Of a DNA stretch of 64,000 bases, positions 48,201 to 57,380 are shown piece after piece. Source of the DNA: Bdellovibrionales bacterium (GTDB taxonomy: Bacteria; Bdellovibrionota; Bdellovibrionia; Bdellovibrionales; JAMPXM01). The notes under the pieces are model-generated. The model saw only the letters and a list, made by a program, of their open reading frames with translations. It had not been told where the DNA came from and ran no database searches. The stretch covers positions 96,001 through 160,000 of the forward strand of contig JAYUEN010000332.1 of assembly GCA_043739185.1 (NCBI GenBank). Direction: 5' to 3'. The position numbers were made by a program, and so were the translations under genes. Position 1 is the first letter of the stretch. Each line of letters starts with the position of its first letter.

Positions 48201-50150
48201 TTAGTTCTCCTCGCCGTGCGCGGCACCGGTCGCGGTCTCAGGGACGAAGTTAACCTCTAGTTTCTTTTCGCCCTCTGTCGGCCAAGCCGTACCTGCCGGC
48301 GGATTTGTATTCATAACAAAACCACTACCAGAAAGCTTAAGATCAATCTCGCTATTGGTAATTCGCGCAAGTACCTCACGTAAACTGAGACCTTTTAAAT
48401 CAGGGACCAGTGACAAACCATCGCCTCTTAAGTCCTTAATGGGAGAAGCCAATTTTGCCGGCAAGGTAATTTTCTTTTCAGAGATAAATGTACTCTCCGA
48501 AGCAAAGACCGGCGCCAAACCAAATTCGCGTACTGCAAATCTTGCGACCTTTGAAAATACAGGAGCTGCCACCTGCGCTCCATAATAATCCTTTTTAGGA
48601 TTGTCGACGGCTATATAAATTACAAATTTGGGATCATTTGCTGGCAAAAATCCGGCGAAACTTGAAACATAGGCATTTTTTAAATAGCCTCGTCCCGAAG
48701 GGTTTACTTTTTGCGCGGTTCCGGTTTTTCCGGCAACTAAAAAGCCTGGGACGCGGGCATTGAATCCTGTCGCATCTTTACCGGTAGCTCCCACCAACAT
48801 CATTTTCATTTGATCAGCAACTTCTTGGGTAAGCACTCTTCTCAATGTTTTAGTTTGGGTTTCAGTACTCTCGCCGGTTTCGTTATCGTGAATTTTTTTA
48901 ACCAAATAGGGTCGCTTCAACCATCCGCCATTTGCAATCGCGGCATAAGCATTGGCAACTTGAATTGGAGTAACGCCGACTCCATGTCCAAATGAAATAT
49001 TAGCGGTTAAGTGATTGCGCCAAGGCAAGGGCTGTAAAATTCCCTTGGCTTCTCCTGGCAAATCAATATTTGTTTTGTCACCAAAGCCAAAGGCCGAGAG
49101 AAACTGGCGTAGATTCTCATCGCCAAAACTCAGGCCAATTTTGGCAGCACCGACATTCGAGGAGAGTGCTAGCACTTCGCTTAAACTCAATTTATGAAAT
49201 TCATGCTTGGCATCCGCCTCATGAACTATTTTGTCTCCGATTTTTAGCATTCCCCCTTCGCAATCAATTTGGGTTTCGGGAGTCATCATCTTTTTTTGAA
49301 GGGCGCCAGAAATCAGAATGCTCTTCATAACACTTCCGGGCTCAAACGAATCACTGATAGCGCGATTGCGCCTCATTGGAGATTCAGGAACGCTTGCGAG
49401 TGCCAATACTTCAGAGCTATTTGCATCGAGCACAACACCGACTGCCGTATCCGCTCTTTGTTCATTTAAAACGCTGGTCAATTCTTGTTCTAAAATAAAC
49501 TGCAATTCACGATCAATAGTTAACTGCAAATCCGCCCCATCAGGGGCTTCATTAAAAATTTGGCCATTGACAACCAGTGGCCGCCCGCGCGCATCCCGTT
49601 TCATACTCACGGTTTTATTTTGTCCTGACAAAACATCATTATAAAAAAGTTCAAGACCCTCGAGACCCTTGCCTTCAGAGCCCACCAGTCCGAGCCCCTG
49701 AGAGAACAGGCGATCATTTGGGTAAATGCGATTGGACTCTTCTATAAAACCCAAGCCTTTAATTTTAAAAGCATCAATATGATCGCGCTTTTCACGATCT
49801 AACTTTCTCGCAAGCCAAACAAAGCGACTTTTGTTGCGAAGCTTTTCAAGTACTTGCTTTTTAGTAAAGCCAAATTCTTTTTGCAGGAGACGTGATACTT
49901 GCCTCCGATTATCAATCACTCTGGGATCTGCAAATAAAGAATACGCAGGTGCAGAAACCGCCAACTCATGACCCTTACGATCGGTGATATCGCCTCGGCG
50001 CCCGTGCAATTCGATTAAAGTTTCAAATTGTTTTTTCTGAAGATTTTTAAGCCGTTCATTGTGCCAAATTTGCAAACTGGCAGCGCGCCCTAAGATAAAA
50101 AAGGCAAAAAAGCTCAGCGCAATAAAAATAAATGTGATTCGACTCTTCAT
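48201..50150 (-). CDS. ftsI: Class B PBP FtsI with C-terminal PASTA domain
   Basis: RGDITDRKG, EPGSVMK, SSN, KTGTAQK and VPDLKGLSLREV. Confidence 0.93.
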   Translation of the reverse strand: MKSRITFIFIALSFFAFFILGRAASLQIWHNERLKNLQKKQFETLIELHGRRGDITDRKGHELAVSAPAYSLFADPRVIDNRRQVSRLLQKEFGFTKKQVLEKLRNKSRFVWLARKLDREKRDHIDAFKIKGLGFIEESNRIYPNDRLFSQGLGLVGSEGKGLEGLELFYNDVLSGQNKTVSMKRDARGRPLVVNGQIFNEAPDGADLQLTIDRELQFILEQELTSVLNEQRADTAVGVVLDANSSEVLALASVPESPMRRNRAISDSFEPGSVMKSILISGALQKKMMTPETQIDCEGGMLKIGDKIVHEADAKHEFHKLSLSEVLALSSNVGAAKIGLSFGDENLRQFLSAFGFGDKTNIDLPGEAKGILQPLPWRNHLTANISFGHGVGVTPIQVANAYAAIANGGWLKRPYLVKKIHDNETGESTETQTKTLRRVLTQEVADQMKMMLVGATGKDATGFNARVPGFLVAGKTGTAQKVNPSGRGYLKNAYVSSFAGFLPANDPKFVIYIAVDNPKKDYYGAQVAAPVFSKVARFAVREFGLAPVFASESTFISEKKITLPAKLASPIKDLRGDGLSLVPDLKGLSLREVLARITNSEIDLKLSGSGFVMNTNPPAGTAWPTEGEKKLEVNFVPETATGAAHGEEN

Positions 50151-50446
50151 TGTTTTACGAAATGCCCTAAATCGGACATTTGAATTATTTGTCCCGATTC
50201 AGCTTTTCTCAAGGTCAGTCTACTTTCTGCAAGTTTTTGCACGCGGTCCGGACGAGTCACTTTGGCTAAGGCAATCATCTGCCCCCGACTCTGATCACGA
50301 GTGCGTTTTTCGTCCCGAGATAATTTCAAGTCGGCATATCCAATCCTGCGAATTTCCATTTTGAGAAAAACCATACTAAATAAAAATGTTATGATTATGA
50401 AAATACTGAGATAGGGTTTGAATTCTTCAATATTCTGTCGCCTCAT
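50147..50446 (-). CDS. ftsL: FtsL-like cell division protein
   Basis: Small TM plus coiled-coil protein between rsmH and ftsI, with P.RV..LA...L.L; start uncertain (50446 or 50533). Confidence 0.6.
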   Translation of the reverse strand: MRRQNIEEFKPYLSIFIIITFLFSMVFLKMEIRRIGYADLKLSRDEKRTRDQSRGQMIALAKVTRPDRVQKLAESRLTLRKAESGQIIQMSDLGHFVKQ

Positions 50447-51398
50447 CTGAATCGCCTGTTGAAACCTCATCTGGTGTCCTTTCAAAAACTCGCAGCTTCG
50501 CACTTCGCGATCTTGAGTTTTCTTTTTGCTCATCTCGAGTTGCGGTGATGACCTTCTTATTTACTAGTCTACCTAATTTTTTCTCTTCTTTGAAAAGATT
50601 CTTTACAATTCTGTCTTCAAGCGAATGAAAACTCAGTACCGCCAAAAGTCCATGTGGCTGCAAGGCCGCCATCAATTTTGGCAAGGCCTCTTTCAATCCC
50701 AAAAGCTCATTGTTGACGGCAAGCCTCAGGCCCATAAAGTACTGAGTCGCAGGATGTATGCCTTTCTTATGCCAGCCATCTACCCTTTCAATGAGCGATG
50801 CCAGCTCGCGGGTGGTTTTAAATCTCTTGGCTTTTCGATCATGTAAAATTGCACGCATCACTCGGTTGGGTCTGCGAACTTCTCCCAGCTGTACAAAAAC
50901 TTTAAACAGGTCTTCTTCATCCCAATCATTTACAATCTCTTCAGCGGCAAGCTCTTGACTTTGATCCATTCGCATATCGAGCGGGCCATCGAGATAAAAG
51001 CTAAATCCTCGATCGGCTTCATCTAATTGCGGAGAGCTCACACCCAAATCAAGTAAAATCAAATCATACTTGTCAGGCCAATTGGCGGCCGCTCGAGCCA
51101 CGCTAAAATTGGCATAATTCGAATGGGCGATATGCAATCTGCCATTTGCAATTTCATCGACAAATTTCACTTGGGCATAGCGAATAGCTTCTTGATCGCA
51201 GTCCATTGCATAAGCCTTAAGATCTGCAAATTGGTCTAAAACGGCTCGCAAATGGCCTCCACGCCCAAAAGTTCCGTCCAAATAAGTCAAAGCTTGCGCT
51301 TTCGACTGTTTAAAATTCAGTATAATTTCATCTAATAGGACAGGTTTGTGAAGTACGCCAGAAGTCGTATCAGGCGTTCTAGAGGTGAAAGGTTTCAT
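50427..51398 (-). CDS. rsmH: 16S rRNA m4C1402 methyltransferase
   Basis: HKPVLL, DGTFGRGGH, DLGVSSPQLD, PLDMRMD, SFHSLEDR and RSRSAKLR. Confidence 0.97.
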   Translation of the reverse strand: MKPFTSRTPDTTSGVLHKPVLLDEIILNFKQSKAQALTYLDGTFGRGGHLRAVLDQFADLKAYAMDCDQEAIRYAQVKFVDEIANGRLHIAHSNYANFSVARAAANWPDKYDLILLDLGVSSPQLDEADRGFSFYLDGPLDMRMDQSQELAAEEIVNDWDEEDLFKVFVQLGEVRRPNRVMRAILHDRKAKRFKTTRELASLIERVDGWHKKGIHPATQYFMGLRLAVNNELLGLKEALPKLMAALQPHGLLAVLSFHSLEDRIVKNLFKEEKKLGRLVNKKVITATRDEQKENSRSRSAKLRVFERTPDEVSTGDSDEATEY

Positions 51399-51599
51399 GG
51401 AGCCTCAGCATAAGAAAAGCTTTGATTTATCGTCACGGACTAAATAAGCCCAAAGTCTTGATTACTTAGTAAATTATTACACGATGTCGTCGTGCATGTC
51501 CTTTTTTTGGTGCATCTAAGGCGTGACGTGTTAGAATTGAGTATAGCAATAGCAAGTCTTTTTTAGACATTTGAAAAAATTTTGAGGTTGTAAGCAAAA

Positions 51600-52613
51600 A
51601 TGGTCAATTGTCCGAAATGTAATTTTACTCAACCCAAGGATCAATTCTGCGCAAATTGTGGGATCGATATGGGAACCTATCGTCCCGTTCAAGCACCCTT
51701 GGCTTCTCGGCTCCTCAAAAATTGGATTTTTCAGTTCAGCCTGTTTGTTTTTGCCGTGGTAGTTGGTGTCGGTTTGATTCGCGCTAAAAATAAAGCACCT
51801 TTATCTGATAGTATTGCAGCAATCGAGCAGGCCACCTCTAATCAAAAGAATTTTGTTTCAAAAAAACCCATCGATAAAAAATTCGCACAAATTTCAAGCG
51901 CAAGTTCAATTAAACCTGCGGCAGAAAACTCGCCCTATGCAAAGCCTGATAACGTAATGCCAAGCCCTGAAAATTCTGGTGCTCAGCCCGTCGGGTCTGG
52001 TCAACAGAGTGCAGCCTCAAAAGCAATTGATGGCTCTGGCGATAGTGCAAACCCAATGGTTACAAAGTTAAAATTAGTTTTTGCTGAACTCAATCGCGGA
52101 ACTTTCGCCGCGCTCATGGGCGACTCAAGAAATATCGCAAGTTTTGGAGTTTACTTTGCCGGCTTATTGCCCGAGCAAAGCGACAAATCAAAGTCCGAAT
52201 TTGCTGGAGTCAGTATTTTAGATAGTGCGAGCGATTTACAAATTAAACTGAACCAACCCATTGTTGTTTTTAAAGGCTCAAGAGATCCTCAAACTGAGCA
52301 AAATATGGGGCTAACTACTCAAATCACTCCAACCTTTATTGACGAACAAGGCGCCCATCTTCAGATCGATATCAAAAGAAGCTTGCGCTCACCGACAGGA
52401 ACAGCTGGTCCAATGCTTGAAGAGAATTTTCAAGAACAGATGATTCTAAAAAAAGGATCTAGGGGCTATATCAGTGGTCTGCTTCCTCATCGCGTACTTG
52501 GTTACGAAGAAGCCAGAGTTTTAAGCGCAAATCCAACAATCTTAAAAGTCCTAGCTTCAGGTGACTTTCAAAGTAGCAATTCTGAGTTTGTCGTTTTTAT
52601 CGAAGCCAAATAG
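51600..52613 (+). CDS. Zinc-ribbon plus single-TM protein with a secretin-like C-terminal domain
   Basis: CPKC...CANC, TM at about aa 42-60, low-complexity linker, and a C-terminus that aligns by eye with the secretin pattern. Confidence 0.6.
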   Translation: MVNCPKCNFTQPKDQFCANCGIDMGTYRPVQAPLASRLLKNWIFQFSLFVFAVVVGVGLIRAKNKAPLSDSIAAIEQATSNQKNFVSKKPIDKKFAQISSASSIKPAAENSPYAKPDNVMPSPENSGAQPVGSGQQSAASKAIDGSGDSANPMVTKLKLVFAELNRGTFAALMGDSRNIASFGVYFAGLLPEQSDKSKSEFAGVSILDSASDLQIKLNQPIVVFKGSRDPQTEQNMGLTTQITPTFIDEQGAHLQIDIKRSLRSPTGTAGPMLEENFQEQMILKKGSRGYISGLLPHRVLGYEEARVLSANPTILKVLASGDFQSSNSEFVVFIEAK

Positions 52614-52753
52614 TGCCACCTAAGATTTCATAATTCACCGCATTACATTTCTCAACCTTGACCCTTCTTTTGGCCTTAAGTAAAGCTGTGTAAAAGAGTA
52701 TTTAGTCTCGCGGGGGGCCTTGAAACTATTGCTCATAGCTGAGGGGTGAAATC

Positions 52754-53437
52754 ATGAAGGAAGAAAATTTAAATATGTCACATTCGAAATCTGGTTCAAT
52801 TGAAGTTATTGTTGGAAGTATGTTTAGCGGGAAAACCGAAGAGCTCATTCGTCTCTTAAAAAGAGCCCAGCTCGCGCGCCAAAATGTTCAAGTTTTTAAA
52901 CCCAAAATCGACGATCGCTATAGTGCCGACCAAGTGGCTAGCCATAATCGCACTTTGTTTAACTCAACCGTGATCACGCGTGCGGCTGAAATTTTTCAAT
53001 ATATTCGGCCTGATACCCATGTTATTGGGATCGACGAAGGACAGTTTTTTGATCAAGAGTTGGTAGATGTCGCCAATCAATTGGCCGAACGCGGTCTTCG
53101 CGTAATTGTTGCGGGTCTCGATTTGAATTATAAGGGTGAGCCCTTTCATCCTATGCCAGAGCTTATGGCCATTGCCGAAAATGTTCAAAAGCTCAGAGCT
53201 GTTTGCGTTGTTTGCGGATGTTTAGCCTCTCGAACTCAACGAGTAATTGAAAATGAATCCGCAATTTTAGTTGGAGACGATAAATCTTACGAAGCACGTT
53301 GTCGAAGTTGTTTTACGCTCGACCTAGAACAATTTAACCATGAAACTCATGAGCACGAAAGTTTTGAAGAAGAAATGCTTGCTGGGGAACTGCAAGCTTT
53401 CACAATCAACTCAAACAATGCGAGATTGGATTCATAA
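52754..53437 (+). CDS. tdk: Thymidine kinase
   Basis: GSMFSGKT, IDEGQFF, AGLD, CVVC...CRSC zinc ligands and YEARC. Confidence 0.96.
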   Translation: MKEENLNMSHSKSGSIEVIVGSMFSGKTEELIRLLKRAQLARQNVQVFKPKIDDRYSADQVASHNRTLFNSTVITRAAEIFQYIRPDTHVIGIDEGQFFDQELVDVANQLAERGLRVIVAGLDLNYKGEPFHPMPELMAIAENVQKLRAVCVVCGCLASRTQRVIENESAILVGDDKSYEARCRSCFTLDLEQFNHETHEHESFEEEMLAGELQAFTINSNNARLDS

Positions 53438-53971
53438 ATGCTAGCACCCTTGAAGCTATCAAAATATATCGATGAGAAAAAAATTGCTGAGCGTGTTTCG
53501 GAATTGGCAAAAGAGATTACTAAAATTGCCTCAAAAGAACAACTCATCTGCGTTTGTGTTTTGAAAGGTTCATTTGTGTTTTATGCAGACCTTATCCGCG
53601 CTATTCAAGCCGATGTGGTTTGTGATTTCCTGGGAGTATCAAGCTATAACGGTGGAATGCAGTCATCAGGCGAAGTGAAATTGACTCTTGATTTGACCAC
53701 TTCAATTGAAGGCAAGAATGTTCTCATTATTGAGGACATCGTTGATACCGGTCTGACTATGGAGTATCTAAAGAAAACTTTGCTGCTCAGAAAACCAAAG
53801 TCTTTAAAAACAGCCGCACTTTTATTGAAGCCTGATTCTTTGAAAATCGACATCAAGGTCGATTACGTAGGCTTTAAAATTCAAAATGATTTTGTGGTTG
53901 GATACGGACTCGATTACCAAGGCTACTATCGTAATCTGCCCTATATTGCTCAAGTCAGTAATATGAACTAA
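53438..53971 (+). CDS. hpt: Hypoxanthine phosphoribosyltransferase
   Basis: VLKGS, IIEDIVDTGLT, FVVGYGLD and YRNLPYI. Confidence 0.96.
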   Translation: MLAPLKLSKYIDEKKIAERVSELAKEITKIASKEQLICVCVLKGSFVFYADLIRAIQADVVCDFLGVSSYNGGMQSSGEVKLTLDLTTSIEGKNVLIIEDIVDTGLTMEYLKKTLLLRKPKSLKTAALLLKPDSLKIDIKVDYVGFKIQNDFVVGYGLDYQGYYRNLPYIAQVSNMN

Positions 53972-53980
53972 GGCACCTCC

Positions 53981-55858
53981 TCATTTTTGAGGAAGTTTAA
54001 TTTTCATTCCTGGCATAAGCTTCGCTTCGGCCATTTCAGGATTTGCTTCTAACAATTTTGAAACTCTAAAATGCAATCGTTTTGCGATGCGGGTGAAATT
54101 GTCACCTCTTCGAACCTTGTACTCCGTAGGCTGTGCTTCATTCGAAAGAGTTTGCGCACTTATTGCCCCATCTTCAGAGTCTGGAGCCTGCGTTGCTGAG
54201 CTTGAAATAGCTACTTTAGCATCTGCTTGTGAAACTGGCGGCACAGGTATTTGCGATAAAAAGATAGGGGCAGCCGACGACTTAATTTCCGTGATCGAAG
54301 ATGCTGATGGTGTGGCTGCAATGGCAATTGGAGCCGTGGGCACTGGCGTTGCTGCTGCCTCGACAATCGCATTCTTCTTCTCTCCTTCTACCTCCGCTGG
54401 TGGCGGTGGAGCTTGTATAGGAGTTGCCACTACCGGCGGCAATGTTTTGATTTGATTTGCTGCGACCGATGAAATTGGAGTACTTGAAGAATTTGCCGAC
54501 CCATCAATTGGCATATTTTTGGCGAGCTCTGCCAATTGTTTTGTGAGCTCATTTGAAGACAAATTTTCATTCAAATATTTTTTCATCACTTCACTACGCG
54601 TTTTCGGTATATGCACATAACTACCAACCGGAATGGGAGTACTTCCTTTGCGAACCGGATTCTGAAACTGCGGATTGAGCAATAAGGTTCGGTCTAAATC
54701 TGCATCAAAGAACAATTTGAGCATTGCAAAGGGCAAGGCTCGCGTGAGTTTGACTTCTTCATTCTCGAGCTCACGGGACCATTTGATATTGGTGAAGAAT
54801 TGGTTTGCATGACTTTCGACATATAAAGCGGCCAAAAATGATGCGTAAAAATTTTCAGAAGCAAAACCAAAGCGGTTCGAGGAATAGATGCTAACAATTT
54901 TACTGAGATCATCTGTCCCTAATTTTTTAACAATTTTCTTAACGCCGTTTGGACCGTGATTCCACCCCGTAATTGCGAGCGGCCAATTCCCTAAGAATTG
55001 ATAGTTTTGCCTAAGCATTCGAGCCGCCGAACGAGCTGCCCGCAAAGGATCATTGCGTTCATCGACCGAGGCATTCACTTTCATATAGAGCTTAGCGGTT
55101 CGTCGCATGAACTGCCATACTCCGCTCGCGCCAACCTTTGATCTCGCAAAAATATTAAATGAACTTTCAACAAATGGGAGCCTGGTTAGTTCGATCGGTA
55201 GACCTTCTTCGCGAAAGATATGCTCCATTTGCTTAAGATACCGGCCAGAATAAAAAATACCTTGTAAAAAACGATCACTTTGCCCAAGTTGAAATCGTAT
55301 ACGGCTTTGGTTGGCGGCATCTACAAAGCGATTCTTATCATGAAGGCGTAAAAACATATTCCAGTAGCGAAGATCTTCTCCGGTGAGACCTTCGCCGTTT
55401 GCGAGCTTCGACAATTTGACCAGTCGGTCTTGAATTGTATGTCGCTTATCTTTGATTAGTTTTTCAATTGCCTTCTTTTGCATGCGCGGAGTTTTGCTTT
55501 TATCTGCACGAATATCTTGAAAATCAACTTGATCATAAACAATATCGACATAATACAAATCGTGCAGCACGCCCTGACTGGTATTGTATTTTGCATAGAT
55601 ATCCGTCCAAAAATTTACGCGCGCTTGCATTGACGTGGGCGGAACAAATACATCGACTTTCCAACCCAATGCATTTTTTTGCTCTGAATAATTCGGTGGC
55701 TGCCAAGGAATTGTTTGATTCGGAATTTTTGGAGTAAAATCTTCAGGGGCATCGGTAAACTCATTTTGATCGTTGGTCTCTTCAGGACTTAAAGTCTGCG
55801 CATGCAAAACGCCAGAAAGCAGAATCAAAGTGAATAGGAGATTAGAGAAAAACTTCAT
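53981..55858 (-). CDS. MltD-like lytic transglycosylase (SLT plus C-terminal LysM)
   Basis: LPFVESSFN, GASGVWQFM, DERNDP and NHG; Pro/Ala linker; LysM YKVRRGDNFTRIA...L.PGMKIKLP. Confidence 0.88.
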   Translation of the reverse strand: MKFFSNLLFTLILLSGVLHAQTLSPEETNDQNEFTDAPEDFTPKIPNQTIPWQPPNYSEQKNALGWKVDVFVPPTSMQARVNFWTDIYAKYNTSQGVLHDLYYVDIVYDQVDFQDIRADKSKTPRMQKKAIEKLIKDKRHTIQDRLVKLSKLANGEGLTGEDLRYWNMFLRLHDKNRFVDAANQSRIRFQLGQSDRFLQGIFYSGRYLKQMEHIFREEGLPIELTRLPFVESSFNIFARSKVGASGVWQFMRRTAKLYMKVNASVDERNDPLRAARSAARMLRQNYQFLGNWPLAITGWNHGPNGVKKIVKKLGTDDLSKIVSIYSSNRFGFASENFYASFLAALYVESHANQFFTNIKWSRELENEEVKLTRALPFAMLKLFFDADLDRTLLLNPQFQNPVRKGSTPIPVGSYVHIPKTRSEVMKKYLNENLSSNELTKQLAELAKNMPIDGSANSSSTPISSVAANQIKTLPPVVATPIQAPPPPAEVEGEKKNAIVEAAATPVPTAPIAIAATPSASSITEIKSSAAPIFLSQIPVPPVSQADAKVAISSSATQAPDSEDGAISAQTLSNEAQPTEYKVRRGDNFTRIAKRLHFRVSKLLEANPEMAEAKLMPGMKIKLPQK

Positions 55859-57357
55859 TTCGAAAGCTCCTCAGCAAGTCGATCAAAAAGATTGCGGGCT
55901 TTGTCTTCGACTCCACCACCGCCATTATATATAAAGGCAAAAACCGCGGATTGCCCGCGGGACATTCCGACAAAACCAGATAGTCCAACTGTCCCATTCA
56001 ACAAGCCCGTTTTGGCGCGCACCCATCCGATACGATCAAGATCTTTCATGCGCTTTTTTAAGGTGCCGTCACGACCGGCAATAGGTAATGCTGAAACATA
56101 TTCGGGAAAAATTGAGAAATCACTTTGAATCAATTGTAAATAGTGTCCTAATTCAAGCGGAGAAATTTTATTTTCACGGGTAAAACCTGAGGCGTTTACA
56201 AAACGAATATCCGAACCTGTTAATCCAATTTCACTCATAAATTTATTGATCTGAACCAAACCAGTTTTCATGGTTGCGGGCGCTTCACCACTTTCAGCTG
56301 CGAGATTTTTTGCCAGCATTTCGGCGACATAATTATTTGAAAATTTGGCCATATCGGCAACAATCAAACCCAAAGCCTTACTATCCCTACTTGCAAGAAG
56401 TTTGGCATCTTTTGGGGTAGTGCCAGCTTTAACTTGGCCGCTTACTTTAATGCCCCTTTGCCTCAAAAACTCCAAAAGATTGTATGCCGACCACAATTCA
56501 GGCTGAGTGATGCTTTTATAAATGACGGATTCATCATGACCCATCGGCATTTTTCCGGTAACGCGAATAATATCGCCTTTGAAATCTGATTTGCTCAACC
56601 GCTCAACGGCAATGGTCTTAGGTTTTGTATCACCAACTGTGGTGGTTTGATTTTCAACGCGAATATAATTATTTGCGGGATCTGCAAAAACCAGACAGGG
56701 CTCGCCAATCTTTTTTCCTGGTCGAACATAGACATTGACTGAATTCCAATTCATTGACATCGCGCCGACGGGGGCATCATAAGCTCGATCTACTCGCGTT
56801 GATTCTCGATCTTCGCCGAATCTAATTTTATCAAAGCGATTGTCATCTACGATGATGTCGCCTTCGATTTGAACAATTTGATTGCGTGTGAAGTCATTTA
56901 CTAAAGACCACATATCTTCGTTTACAAACGAAGGATCACCGCCACCCTTAAGAAATAGATCGCCTTTTAAAATTTGATCCTGAACTCCTGCTTTACTCAA
57001 AAGCTGAGTTTGAAATTTAAAACTAGGTCCGAGGATGTGAAGAGCCGCACCCAAAGTTAATAATTTACTCAGAGATGCAGGAACCATACTTTGAGATTCA
57101 TTGTGACTAAATATCGTCGCGGCTCCATTGGCGCCCTGAACTCCCACCCACGCGCCCACTTCGCCTTGAGGAACGCCACCTTTTTTCATGATTTCACTTA
57201 ACTTAAGATTGAGCGCTTTGTAATCATCTGAAATTTCAGCCTTGGCGCTCACTTTTGAACTCTTCGCAAACGCCTTGAAGCTACCAAAACTTACTGAAGT
57301 AAGAATCGCCAAAAAAACAGCTCGTAGACTCAAACTAATATATTTTGCATTCACCAT
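55855..57357 (-). CDS. dacB: DacB/PBP4-family D,D-carboxypeptidase/endopeptidase (S13)
   Basis: PASLSK (SxxK), GGGDP, SNN and AKTG; N-terminal signal. Confidence 0.93.
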   Translation of the reverse strand: MVNAKYISLSLRAVFLAILTSVSFGSFKAFAKSSKVSAKAEISDDYKALNLKLSEIMKKGGVPQGEVGAWVGVQGANGAATIFSHNESQSMVPASLSKLLTLGAALHILGPSFKFQTQLLSKAGVQDQILKGDLFLKGGGDPSFVNEDMWSLVNDFTRNQIVQIEGDIIVDDNRFDKIRFGEDRESTRVDRAYDAPVGAMSMNWNSVNVYVRPGKKIGEPCLVFADPANNYIRVENQTTTVGDTKPKTIAVERLSKSDFKGDIIRVTGKMPMGHDESVIYKSITQPELWSAYNLLEFLRQRGIKVSGQVKAGTTPKDAKLLASRDSKALGLIVADMAKFSNNYVAEMLAKNLAAESGEAPATMKTGLVQINKFMSEIGLTGSDIRFVNASGFTRENKISPLELGHYLQLIQSDFSIFPEYVSALPIAGRDGTLKKRMKDLDRIGWVRAKTGLLNGTVGLSGFVGMSRGQSAVFAFIYNGGGGVEDKARNLFDRLAEELSK

Positions 57358-57380
57358 TTGATAAGTATAATTTAAAACTC

